Below are positions 15,101 through 28,306 of a DNA stretch of 64,000 nucleotides, in pieces. This stretch comes from Camelus ferus (taxonomy: Eukaryota), in assembly GCF_009834535.1 (NCBI RefSeq), contig NC_045697.1, positions 114,516,001 to 114,580,000 on the forward strand. Reading direction: 5' to 3'. Made by a program: the position numbers and the translations under genes. A model generated the notes under the pieces. The model was not told the DNA's origin, did no database searches, and saw only the letters and a list, made by a program, of their open reading frames with translations. The number at the start of each line of letters is the position of its first letter. Positions within the stretch are counted from its first letter, which is position 1.

Positions 15101-16243
15101 TAATGAGAACTACCAAAACCAGTGAGAGAACCAGGTTTCCATCTTACAAGTTTGCAAGTGTAGATTTTTATCAAACATCAAACCGTCTCTCTCCTCTTAT
15201 TGACTCAACATTAATTTATCAGTAGCTCAGTACATGTCCATATCTCGTATCTGTATCTAGGATGTATATATACCATCCTTGGAGGAACCCACAATGCGGC
15301 TTAATTCAGTACCCAAATTGGGTGTATCTGTCTTGGGTCACCTTATTTGTTGCACACTTACCACTGTCTTCTTTGTAATGTGCATGCCGATTTGTTTGCA
15401 TTCACACCTATGCGGATGACAGAATGCATTTGTCATCCGAATTATGCAGATCAGATATATGAACCTTTCTTTGTATCTTAGAAAACGCTAACCTATCAGT
15501 GTTTAATTAGCCTGCCTTTTCAGTGCTTTGGTTCCCTATGTTCCCAGGCCTGGTATTCCGAAGATTAAGTCTACTTTTAAACATTTTTAAATAAAACGTT
15601 TTACATGTCAACTATGCTTAGCTTCTCTAGATGGGTTCCTACACGATTATCATTGTCAATTTTATTCTTTCTTATTTCACTACTCCATAGCCTTTCTGTT
15701 ATTTTCAGAGCTACTTGGTTTTTTAAACTTCTCTAAACTACACCAAACCTTAGCTAGATGGTTTGGATAAGTAATTTGTATTTATCTATAGCACCTATGT
15801 AGTTATGTGTCTATCATCGACGTATCTCTGCGTGTGTTCATGAGTGTGTGCTTGGATTCCACCTTTTAAAATATAGTTTATATCGAATTTTAGAATCACT
15901 TTCAATACTTCCTTTAGTATAGAATACTTTTGTTTCCGCTATTGTGTCTCTATTTTAAATTGCTCATTGAACAGTTTTTCTGGAAAGAGAGGGAAGGAGG
16001 ACGGTCTGGTGAATGGTAAAGCCAAAGATGAATTTCTGGTTGTCATCTAGCCATGATAATAATAAGGCAAAGAGAGTGAATGAGCTCTTAAAGGAATTTA
16101 ATGTCAAAGAAACAGAGCAGAAAAATAAAGTCTGAGGCCTGGCTCTCCTGAAGTCACCTTTAAGGGTACAGAAGATAAAGAAGCTGTTATAGATAGAATT
16201 TAATTAACAGGATATTGCCCACTCTGGGCTATATCCTATGAAT

Positions 16244-17926
16244 CAAGATCAGCAAAATTATACTCTGCAAGGTCCAGAGAGAAAATAGTTTTGGCTTTGC
16301 TCTCTGTGTGGTCTTTGTCTACCATTCTAGCATGAATGTAGACAGACAATTTATGTTTTTTTCCTTCTAGTTTTAGTGAGATGCGATTGACGTATCACAT
16401 GGTGTAAGTTTATGATGTACAGAATAATGATTCAACTTACATACATTATGAAATGATCACCACATTAAGTTTAGTGAACATTTGTCATCTCATATAAATA
16501 AAAAAAGAAAAGAAAAATATATTTTCCCTTGTGATGAGAATTCTTAGGACTTACTCTCTTAACTTTCATATACACCAGACAGCCTTGTTAAATGTATTTA
16601 TCATGGTGTACATTACATCTCCTGTACTTATTTCTCATATAACTAGAATTTTGTATCTTTTGACCACCTTCATCTAATTCCATCTCTCCCTACCCCTTGC
16701 CTTGAGTAACCACAAATCTGTTCTCTTTCTCTATGAATTTGTTTTTGAAGGATAATTGACCTACAACCCTATGTTAGGTCCTGGTGCACAGCATAGTGAT
16801 GCAGTATTCCTACACATTACAAAATAACCACCACAATAAGTCTACTTACTGCCTTTTATCATACGAAGATACTACATTGTTATTGACTATATCCCCTGCA
16901 CTATACATTTCACCCCCGTGACTCATTTATTTTGTAACTGGAAGTTTGTATCTCTTCATCTCCTTCAACTATTTAATGCACTCCCCCACCATCCCCCCTC
17001 GCCTCAGGCAAGCAACCCCTTATTTGTTCTCTGTAGCTGTGACTTTGTTTCTATTTTGTTATATTTATTCATTTGTTCTGTTTTTTGGGGTCCTACATAT
17101 AAGTGAAATCATACAGTATTTGTATTTTTCTATCTGACTTATTTCACTTAGCATAATACCCTGTAGGACTATCCATGTTGTTGCGAATGGCAAGATTTCA
17201 TTCATCTTTATGGTTGAGTAATATTCCATGACATATGTAAAGTACATCTTCTTTGTCCATTCATCTGTCGATTGGGCACTTAAGTTGTTTCCATATCTTG
17301 GCTATTGTAAATAATGATGAAATGAATGTAGGGGTGTATATGTTTTTAGAATTAGCACATTTTTGTTTTCTTCAGAAAAATGGCCAGAAGCTATTTTTTG
17401 AGGAAGCTTCATACTGTTTCCTACAGTGTCTGCATCAATTTACAATTCTTCCAACTCTTCATGAGAGTTCTCTGTTTTCCACATACTTGTCAACAATTAA
17501 TATTTGTGTTTTTTTTTAAATGATAGCCATTTTGGCAGGTGGGATATAATGTCTCATTGTGGTTTTAATTTGCATTTCCATGGTGATTAGTGATGTTGAT
17601 CATCTTTTCATGTGCCTGTTGGCCATCTGTATGTCTTCTTTGGAAAAATGCCTACTTAGATCCTCTGCCCATTTTTTAATTGAGTTGTTTGCTTTTTTGA
17701 TATTAAGACAGATAATATTTAATGAATGGCTGTAACTGTGTTCCAATAATCCTTTTGTTATGTAAATTTGAATCCCATATAATGTTTACATATCACAACA
17801 TAATATTCTCCTTTTGATTTATTTTCAACCATTAAAAAATGTCAAAAACATTCTTAGTTCCTGGGCCACATACCAAAATAGGGAGTAGGCTGAATTTGGC
17901 TTGGGGCCATTGTTTGTAAATCCTTG
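16244..17926 (-). mobile_element. MER58B-like hAT-Charlie DNA transposon, split by an L1 insertion
   Basis: Left part 16244-16354 and right part 17706-17926 (gtgttccaataa...ttttcaaccattaaaaaatgt...cattcttag...ggccattgtttg) join into the reverse complement of the recalled MER58B consensus. Confidence 0.78.
16355..17705 (-). mobile_element. L1 3' portion (L1MA-like), antisense
   Basis: Decayed ORF2 C-terminus on - strand (MEYYSTIKMNEILPFATTW...); TSD-like agacagacaat 16340-16350 / agacagataat 17706-17716. Confidence 0.92.
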
Positions 17927-20389
17927 CCTTAAAAGTATGATAGATCATTCCAGAAAGAATCACATGTCTGAAACAGACAACTGTGGCAGAAATTATAACA
18001 AGCATTCACTCATATCATGTTTTTATTTCCAAACGTTGTTTTGCATGATCTATTTCACATAATAAGTGTTCAAAAAATGCTTCCCAACAAGAACTAAAGA
18101 TGAACAATTGGAAATTCTAAGGCCAAGATGTCTTCCGGAAGAGACAGGATCTCGAAAGCCAGTATAAAGTATGAACAATTTAGAGTGAAAGGTCAGGAAA
18201 TGGAATGAAAGTTCCAAACAGCTGCTCCAAAGTCTAAGGAGAAGTAGATGGGTGGTTGGAAGGAAAGGTGGGTGAATCTGATTCATGTTGCTTTACTGTT
18301 TGTTTCTTCAATTACACGGACATGTGCATGTTCAAAGGCACCTGGAGACAGAACTCAGTTATAAATTAAATGTAGACAGATTTTTTCTGAGGGCAAAGGA
18401 TAGTGGACAAATCAGGATTAGAGAGAAGAGTGGGAGGAAGGAATGAAAACACAGAAACTTGCTGAGTTTGGAGGCAAGGGAGATGGAGGTGCTTGTGATA
18501 AATACTGTTCATCCTCACCATGAATGTCACAAGGGGGAATGTGAGGAAGAAGGGGAAGGAAAGATGGGAATTTGGAGATTTGTGGGCCAAGTATTTTTAT
18601 AGGTAATCAATACAATAAACAAAAATGACCAACTTCCATAGAAGATGAGTATATATATTCATCTATTTGATCTATGACTTCTGTTTAGCAAGGCAGGAAG
18701 CATCAACACTATTTTAATTGATAAACCAAAATTTCCATCATTGCTAGTGATGTATCTATTATTCCTTTAAAATTTTGGAACGAGATAATGCATGCACAGG
18801 AAACATGCGATGAAATGTGGACATGACCCGAAGGGAGACAGATAAGTTCTCATTATGCATTAGAATTGTCTTTTTATTACGGACTCATCCTCATTAGTTC
18901 TAAAACCTTATTAATTCTTTCACTCCAAAGGGTAGCATACATTTCTATAAAAATGATTGAATGATAGATACCCTTTGATATAATTTCTGACAATTTCCCT
19001 CATCAGTATGTATTATCTTAATCTTATTTTGCATCTCTGGTATTTTTTTTTTAGTTTCTCTTTCATCCCACTGAATGCCTAATGCATGTGAAAAATGTTC
19101 CCCTATTATTCCTATCCTCAGAAATAAATATTAATCTGTGTATCTGAAAAAAGGAGAGTGCTTTTGTAAAATGAGACCTAATAGAGTATAATCAGAAATA
19201 ATGGCAGAAAGTGAAGCAAAGAAAATTCACAGTGACTGTCAGGAAACTTTTAATGGCTTTGTAAAAATGATTGTGAGTCTGGTCAGGGCCATCTTATGGG
19301 GACAGCATACAAATAGGAAATAATTCCCAGCAGCACAATTTATTTTACTGTTCAATAGTTTTGTAGCAAACAAAGGGGTGGAAATTACTCCTGGTTTCAG
19401 CCGTTGTTTGCCTAACAATGATCTGTCAGGTCACTCAAACTTTCTGCTAATTTGGCAGGTTTTGTTGGTAGCTTTCACACAACAGCAAAGAATTTGTAAA
19501 CAATTTCCCCATTTTCAGATCCATTCATCAACCCTCCTCAACTTTTTCACCACCTTTTCATGCCTCTCGAGGACATATTTTATACAGCATTTGATTCTCA
19601 CAAAAGAGGGCCTTGTCAGAGATGTTCAATATCCTTAGGCAGAAAAATGGACGTAAACAATAATGATTCAGTGAATTGATGAATCAAAGTACAACCCCGT
19701 GCTCTGTTTTGGGCATGTGCGGAGGACAGACCTCTGCCTCCGGGTTTGTGCTGCCTCTGAAGGATGCCACAGACACCTCTCAGGATGACCCACTGGTCCT
19801 CATCCTGGAATGATTGCTGCACCTTCCATGACATGGGAATTACCTGAAATTACCTGAAACATACACTGCATGTTTAGATTTTAGATTTTTTTGCTTGTGT
19901 CCTGGAAGCCTGGAACAACTATGCTGTTCTAAGAATTACATGTTCCTGGTGTTTTGGTGAACCTGGTCACTTCTGGACTGGATCTCAAAAATGAGTGGAT
20001 GCTCCAGGTCCTCTGGAATTTAGACCTGAAGTTTGGAGAAAAAAACAGCAGACCACGTACTGAGCTTCTCATTCCAAAGTGCTCTGGTTTTTATGTTATT
20101 TTCCAAATGTTATGCAAACAAGAAAAACAATTATGATGGTTGTGCTGTCTGAGGAGAGTTATTATGGTATTCATTTTAATTATTAAATGCCAAATGTGGT
20201 TTATCTGCTGTCAATAGTAGCTTTTAATGAAAAGAAATGCTTAGGTGATGTTGATAATGAAAATTTTGTTGATTTTGTTTCATGAGTATTAAATGCAGAT
20301 GGTGGATGACATCTCTCCTGGAAAATAAATGTTTTTGTTTGAATTGGAGAAGAGAGTATTCTAATTTAGCTTAAGTGTTACTAACTGGA

Positions 20390-20517
20390 CCTATAATGTC
20401 CTACAATGAAAAAGAATACGAAAAAGAGTGTGTGTGTGTGTATAAATGAATTACTGTGCTATACACCAGAAATTAACACAACATTGTAAATCAACTATGT
20501 GTCAATTTAAAAAAAAG
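20390..20517 (+). mobile_element. Short L1 3' tail
   Basis: gctatacaccagaaattaacacaacattgtaaatcaactat + A tail; TSD ttactaactgga 20378-20389 / 20521-20532. Confidence 0.9.
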
Positions 20518-21653
20518 GAATTACTAACTGGATACACAAAACAGTGAATTAGACATGATAACTAGCAATCAGTCCTACATTATGAAACAAGTAATACATT
20601 GGAATCAGTGTGTATCATACTTTTATCATTATATAAATGTTTATCTTTACACATATATTTTATGCATAGTTCATAAAGTCTCTCTTCTTAGTGATTTTCC
20701 TAACTAGAAATAAATTGAAAGAATTACAAAACCAATAGACCAGTGAATAAAAGAAAAACCTGAAGCAAAAATGAGCTAAATGACATTTCTTCGACTTGCA
20801 ATGTGTCTGCCAGCACGAATCAGAAAGGCTTATGTTTACCTGCAGCATTCACTTATTGAATGTTGAAAGGAGGAAACAGAACTTTTTTTGCCTCATTTAT
20901 GGCCATCTAAACACAAACTATACAGTATTCAGCCAGAAGGCAGTTCTAGGGTAAAGGAGCAGAAAGAAAAGGGCTTGGGTAGTTTAAAAGATTTTGTAAA
21001 ATTTGACTTTGATACTAAATCAAAAATAAGATAACAGCTCTGAATAACTACCTTATTCTTGTTTTTCTAAGCGTCTGATTCTTCACAAATTAGAAGACTT
21101 CTTTAGTCTTGTGCAGTGGATTTGGCAGCTTTTGAAAAGACCATGAATGTGCTAAGGGGGTAGTCCCTGAGGTTTTGAAAGGCTCAAAATATACTTTAGG
21201 GTGGCATCTAATGTCTGGTGAGGAAGTGTGAGATTGGGGGGGATTAGGGGAGAAACATTGGACTTATTCTGTTTTTCTGCAGTGACTGAGTTATGAACAG
21301 ATAGTGACAAGTGAAAGAACTATAACTTACTAGAAATAAGCAATAAAGGTTTGACAAAATTTATTTTAAAGGGTAATGCACACTGATTTCTATGCACATG
21401 TAATGAGTTTAAATAGGCACCATATACTGTTTTACTTGATCTAACACTTTTTACATACTTACATATTTGACATAAATATGAATATGTAACACATGTAACT
21501 CAGATATTTATATATTTAACATATAAATGTTTATATATATAACTTTTGATGCTAAAAATAGTAAAGTGTCAAACATCAATGTTACCTATAATATGGCCAT
21601 GCCCATGTTATAATTTAAGAAACTCATTTGATTTTCTGTTTCCTAAATCATAG

Positions 21654-21806
<153 letters not shown>

Positions 21807-22584
21807 TGAATGACTCCTCCTTTTGAAAGCAATTTTAAATAACGTTTACTTTAGTGTCATAGTCTTTACCAGGTAACTCGTGCAGTGCTATTTTATTGTG
21901 AATGATAACTTGTTTCATTCCTTGGATAACTGGAAAATGTTTGCATTTTCTGCAAACTCTCCTCTCATTCTGATCCTTGAGCCTATAAGCAATTAAAGAA
22001 GTGATTTAAATAGATTTTGTTTTCTGCATTTAGACTCCCTGAACACATCGTAATGCCAGCATGACCAGTTACACAAAAATCATCCTCAGAATTGCTTATT
22101 CTGTCTAGAGCAGAGAGAGTCCCACTTCCAAGGCCAGTTAAGGTATTCCCAGTTACAGTTGCAGAAACAGAATTACATCTTCCTCATTTGATCCTTAACA
22201 AAGACTAAGACAATAGTAGATTTACTGAATAATAGGAACTTAATAGGTTTTACTATAGTAGTAAAACAAGTAATATGTTCATAGGTCAATGACAGAGAAA
22301 AAAAATCTCTAACAACCTCGTCATTGTCATGTTTCCATGTTGCCATGGCCATGGTTATGAAAAACCATTCCGTTTTTGAGCCACCAATTATTTTATGCCC
22401 AGCTCTTCCCAAACTGTCCAACTTGGGCTATCGACTAAAACTCAGTTGCACGAAGACCCAGGGGCAGTGCAGGATTTGCCCCCGGGGCAGTCTGGCTCCA
22501 GTATCCAGGCCATTGAATGTTAGGATTCATGGCGTCTCAGCTCAGAGGAAATGAACTTAAATTAGCTTTGTGAGATATGTATAG

Positions 22585-22700
22585 TCTGTTAAATGGGAGC
22601 AATAACTGCAATAATCTTATAAAGTTATATTAAGGATTCTATCAATTAATGCATAGAAAACATTTACAGCATCACCTGCCATATGGAAGTGCTGTTTACT
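22585..22700 (+). mobile_element. MIR fragment
   Basis: ctgttaaatggg..aataa...ttat..taaggatt...aatgcatagaaaacatttacagc..cctgccatatggaagtgct core-like text. Confidence 0.5.
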
Positions 22701-23799
22701 ATCAAAATTTCTGACACACTGGAACCTAACCATTTCTGATATTTATGGAAGGTTTTTTTGCATTAATATTGGTTTGAAATTGAAGCAGCTGTCAGTCCCT
22801 CTAATACCAGTTCCTGCCCAGAACCACAAGACTGCTAACATGCTCAAAATCAGGGCTTCTTATTCTAAGAGTTCTTAACAACTTCATATATAAATTCATC
22901 CAATCCACCCACCTATCCATTCTGCATACATTTATTTGTGCATTATGAGATGTGTTTGGTACCACAAATAAAAGAATGAAAAGTGGTTCTATTAGAAAGC
23001 TCTGGTACTTCCAGGGTTACAAATATACCGTGCATAACTTGTATAGTGGCTCAATTTCTAATATTGGATTCAACAGTACAGCCTTGAGTAAAGGATGAGC
23101 AGCTGTCTACTAGAAAATTCTAGGTCTCCAGGGTTTCCGGGTTTTCATGGGTACCCAGTCCATGGCCCAGTGTCTACTGTAAGAACAAATTTTCCTGTAT
23201 ACTTCACCTCTTATGCGTCTGTCTTTGAGACAGGTTAACTTTGACCAGTTTAATTTTACTTTGATTTCAGCTGCAACAAAGGCCAGCAAATTACAAGCAT
23301 TCCTTTTAAGATTATCAAGACTTTTTAGCTAATAGGTTAAAATTAGAAATTCTTTCAGGAATAATCAGGCTGGCCTGTAAATTCAGTGTTCAAACTAGAA
23401 ACCGACACTGGCTGAATATGTATTACCTACTAGATATTCGAAAGTGAGAAAAGCTAACATCATTTATTATTCATATAACTTCTGTCTTCAGACAATGATG
23501 TAAATTTTGAAATTAATAGAGAATATCAATATTGAAATATTTATGCAATGATAAAAATCACATAAATTATATTGTTTTTTGAAGTGCCTGTAATGACTAT
23601 GAAATACCAGGAGAATGTAAAAGACATTATACAAGGATAAAATATTAAAATATTATGATACAATCCTGATTGTGGATATTCCTCAGACAAGAATCTAGCA
23701 CATTTTTATAAGTTAGAAAATTAGACCTCATTCCGAATGGGTTCTCCATATGGTCTGGTTATTAAAATAATAATAATTATGCTTTATTATTCCTTCTAG

Positions 23800-23990
23800 T
23801 TATTACCTTGCCAAAGGTAATCATTATGTAAATTTCAGTCATCATAAATCAGCATTGCCTGATTTGGAATATTACAGAAATGGAAATATACAGTATTCAC
23901 TCTCTGCATCTGGCTATCTTGGCTGTACATTGTAATTGCGAGATCATTTTGTTTGCATGGAGCTAGTGTTAGTCTTCCCGATTTTCCTGT
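23800..23990 (-). mobile_element. Old L1 (L1ME-like) 3' fragment
   Basis: aaatggaaatatacagtat...tgcatctggct...gagatcat...tgcatggagctagt pattern. Confidence 0.5.
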
Positions 23991-24004
23991 GGAGTAGTTG
24001 ATTA

Positions 24005-24643
24005 CAGTTGATTCTCATTGTTGATTCTGTATTTAAAATGCAGCTACTTTCTTAAATTTATTTAGACCCGCAAAACCAATACTCATCATGATTTTACAGT
24101 CATTCAGGGACATGCGCAAAGTGGTGAAAAGTATATCATGTGACGTGCTCCCAGCTAAGAGTGAACAAGGTGCCTTCTTGTTTCAACCCTCGTACCGTGA
24201 ACAAGTGTCTTCTCATGGTATATTTAGTGCACTGCTTTTGTTGACAATTTTGCTGTTCAAAATGGCACCTGAGCCTTGGGTTGAAATGTTTGTGCAGGAA
24301 GGCTGTGGTGTCCTGATGGTAAGCTTCATTCAGGCATGAGTCAATACTGTTTAGTTCAATGTTAATTAATGTTAATTAATTAACTGTGCATATTAAATAA
24401 AGTGTTTCTGAACAGAAACACTCATGAAACCAAGTTATGTATTGATCAGCTGATCAACTGATCAATACAGAACTCATAACACTCATGAGGCCAAGATATA
24501 TGCTGATGAGTTGAAAATCTTGTGCCCAGAAGCCAATAAGAAGCTAACTGTACATTTCCTCTGGAAACAGTGGTGCAGGATTCGGAAATTTAGTGTTTCT
24601 GGTGACTTCATAGAACAACTACCACTAATGAGAGACTCAAATG
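24005..24643 (+). mobile_element. MER82-like TcMar-Tigger DNA transposon
   Basis: Starts ta|cagttgattctcatt and ends aatgagagactcaaatg|ta (degenerate TIRs, TA target duplication); internal cccagctaagagtgaacaagg...ataagcttcattcaggcatgag-like blocks match recalled MER82. Confidence 0.82.
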
Positions 24644-24779
24644 TATTTAAATATATAAGATTTTGTTTATACATTATACTTACTATATATTATACAAAAA
24701 GTAAATAAATATATGTACAAAAAAGTATATAAAAAATAAAGTTTATTTTCCATAAAAAAGTAGGAATCCTTTCTAACAG

Positions 24780-27400
24780 TAGAAATGATAAATTCCAGAG
24801 GGAGCTACTACAAAGAAAAGAGAAAAGTTGACATTTAAGTCAAAATGAATGAGAACTTTCTACAATGTAATAAAGAATAATGTTATCATTATTGTTTATA
24901 ATATTATCATTATTCTTTAGTATACAATTTATGAAATAAAATAAACTCTCAGATTTAGAAAGGACAATGGAACTCAAGTGGAAAAAAAAAATCAATATCC
25001 AAATATATTGACATGGTACAACCAGACATACAGCCAAAAGGAAGATCTTAAAATGGGAGAGGAATTGCTATGAAAACAGCGGCAATTTTCTCAACAGCAA
25101 TAATAGACACCAAAAGAAAGTGAAATAATATTATTAAAAGACTAAGTGGAAATAAAATATACTCTGATATTATATGGTCAGTGGAAAAAAGCATATAACT
25201 CACTTATTGTGTCAGATGCCAAAACATACAGACTTTATCAACAAAATGAATTGAAACAAAACTGAAACTGAAAACTATTTGCTTCAGGAATAAGAAAAAT
25301 TAATCAATCAATAAGTTCGATATACAATGAGCAAGTAAATTGTTAAACATATGATCTATTAAAATAGTGACGGTCAATAATAATGATATTCCCTGAACTT
25401 AAGGTTGAAATTTTTGAAAGAGTGAAAATGCAGGACAAAAACAGCAAAAAAAAAAAAAAAAAAGTGTTTAAGTATTGTACACTAATGTGTAAACAGGAAA
25501 AAGTTTGATATTATTTGAAATATATTAAGATTTCTTCTATTATTTAAGAATAAGAAAAGTACTGATTGCTTATGCATATGTTAAGTATGTTTAGTTGTAT
25601 TACAAGAATCTATATCTTCAATATTATATTTTCTATGAAAAAAATAAAATTAAATGAACACCTTACATATAACTACAAAGGGAAAAGAAGAAATAAAAAC
25701 AAGAAAGTAATAAGAATAAAAAAGCCAAGACCAATAGAAAAAAAATTTAAACCAAGGTATAGGTAAAACCAAACATGTTTTTAATTACAGTAACTGAAGG
25801 AGTAACTAGCTGATAATAAAAATCACTGGACCGAGTAGTGAAAATCTAGCCATATGCAGATTATAAGATATATACCCCCAAAATAAGAAAAAAATTTGAA
25901 ATTTAAGAACAGTCCCAGATAATGCAGGCATATATGAACAACAAAATGAAAAATCAGATGTAGCTTTATTAACACCAGATTTTAAAAGAGACTTTAAAGC
26001 ACAAAGTGTTAAGTTAAAGCAAGTTAATGATTTAAAAACTTGACTTCACTAAAAAAAAAAAGAACAGAAAAATATATAATTGCTTACAATTTTATAAAGT
26101 GATTATTTCCATATTACTAGACAAGACTGACATGATCAACATGAGAAATATTTGATACTTCTTGATAAACCAACAGACAAAATTAATACTATATACAAAT
26201 TGAACATTATTACTATGCTTGAACTAGCAGATATAAGTATTAACTTTTTCATCTAGCAGTGATTAAATATACCTTATTAGTAAATAGTCACTTTCTAAAT
26301 ATTTTCTGTATCATTTCATATCACCATTCAGGCTGCTAATTAAATACAACACACTGCTTAGCTTATAAACACAGGAATTTATTTCTCACACTTCTGAGTG
26401 TGCAAAGTCCAAGATCAAGATGGTAGCATGTTCATGATCTGGTGAGGGGCTTCTTCCTGGTTCATAGCCCGTGCCATCTCACTGTGTCCTCATGTGGTGG
26501 AAGGGGCAAGGGATCTCTGTAGGGTCTTTTGTTTATAAAAGCACGAATCCCATTCATAAGGACTCCATCTTTATGACCTAATCAATTCCCAACTGCCCAC
26601 CTTCTGATACCATCATCTTTGAGGGTTGGGATTACAACATATGAATTCTGGGTGGACACAAACATTCAGACCTTAGCATTCACTACATGAAACATTTAGT
26701 GAAGATGAACACTAGCTGGGCTATATAAACTGAGTCTCAAGAAATATTAATGAAATTATTCCATACGGATTCTCTGACGCAATGCTAAGCTATCAATAAC
26801 TGCAAAGTAAATTTAAAATACGAATATCAGTATCAAGTAATATTGCTAATCATGAGTACAAATGTGGAATCCAAGTAAGGCTGTATTTTTAGGGAATTTT
26901 TCTACCTTTATAAAAATATATAAACAATAGATTGGAAATAAAACATTTAATTAGGTAATTTTAGAATTAGCTGAAGAAAATAAGAATATTCTAAATGAAA
27001 GAAGGGAAGTAAAAAGATATGTATATAAAGATATAATTGAATAATGTATAAAGGTAAAACATGATTTATTCAAAAAAACTAATTAAAAGGGAACTCTGGG
27101 AATTTTGGCAAAGAACAAGGAGTAAAGGCATGATTAACACTATTAAAATTGAATAAGGGAAGATAATAATGACCACAATCCTAGCAGAGAGTAAAAGGAT
27201 CTAAGAATTAAGGTGAAAGTCATGGCAGTAAATTTTGGAAACGTGGAGGGAAAGGACAAATTAAAGACAAAACATAAGTTAATAACATGTAACCCAAAGA
27301 GAAATAAAAAAGGAATGTTTTTATGACTAATTAAATGAACTGATTTAAGAGGACTAAAACAGAAAATTCTGTCCTAGATGGCTTTACAGGTGAAAGTTTT
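24780..27400 (+). mobile_element. Ancient, highly decayed L1 (ORF1 to ORF2 start), interrupted by MLT1A
   Basis: Long A-rich + strand with L1-like remnants (ttctcaacagcaataatagacaccaaaagaaagtgaaataat; gtcctagatggctttacaggtgaa). Boundaries approximate. Confidence 0.55.
26317..26678 (-). mobile_element. MaLR LTR, MLT1A-like
   Basis: caggctgcta...aatttatttctcaca.ttctg...aagtccaagatcaag...tctggtgaggg...catatgaatt.tgggtggacacaaacattcagacc.tagca. Confidence 0.88.
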
Positions 27401-27620
27401 CCCCCAACTTAAGTAACATTTTAGCAAGCAATCTGATGAAATCTACTAATTTAAAACTGTGTATTTTCACTGACTTGGTGGTTGACTTCCAGTTTTACTC
27501 CCTCTACCTGCTCTGTTTTACAGCCTCTGTCTATTCTCAGATCGTCTTCTGTAAGCAGCTGTTTGGAAACCACCTTTGCCTTATCATTTTAGCACAGCTA
27601 CATGTGTAATTAACTTTTAA

Positions 27621-27838
27621 AAAAACTGAAGTACAGTCAGTTACAATGTGTTGATTTCTGGCGTACAGCGCAATGTCCCAGTCATGCATATACATACATA
27701 TATTCATTTTCATTTTCTTTTCAATTTAATGTTGCTACAAGGCAGTGAACATAGTTCCCTGTGCTATACAGCAGAAACTTTTTTAAAATCTATTTTTATA
27801 TATAATGGGTAACATTTGCAAATTTCAAACTCCCAAAC
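27621..27838 (-). mobile_element. L1 3'-end fragment, antisense
   Basis: gaagtacagtcagttacaatgtgttgatttctgg...catagttccctgtgctataca; TSD taacttttaa 27611-27620 / 27839-27848. Confidence 0.9.
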
Positions 27839-27849
27839 TAACTTTTAAA

Positions 27850-28306
27850 CCAAATGCCCTCATGATCTACTCATCTCTGGCTTAATTACACCTTTTTAAA
27901 TCTTTTGATTACTCAGTGACTTGCCTAAAGAAGAACTTAAGAATAAGTAATTCATAGATAATCAGATCTCTTCCCTAGCTTCCCCTTCAGTCATCATGAA
28001 GACAAACCTTGCGGACAAAATAATATCTAAGGACAGATCACAAGAAGTCAACAAGCCTGCACACAATGAGGGACAGTGGTGACTCTGCCCCCCCATCTCA
28101 GTGATCAACTGAGATCACTTCCCCTTTTCCCTTTAAAACGTCTATGGCTGAGCAGAATCTTCAGAGATGGTTTCTGGGGACATGAGTCCACCTTCTCCCT
28201 AAATTGCCGGCATTCTGATTAAAAGCAACTTTCCTTTCTACCAACATCTGCCTCTTTTGACTACTGATTTTTGAGCAGCAAGCAACCAGACCTGAGTTCA
28301 TTAACA
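27850..28306 (+). mobile_element. ERV1-class LTR (5' boundary uncertain)
   Basis: TATA-like ccctttaaaa, ATTAAA at 28218, ends gagttcattaaCA; 3' half resembles the reverse complement of the LTRs at 50734 and 52121. Confidence 0.7.
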
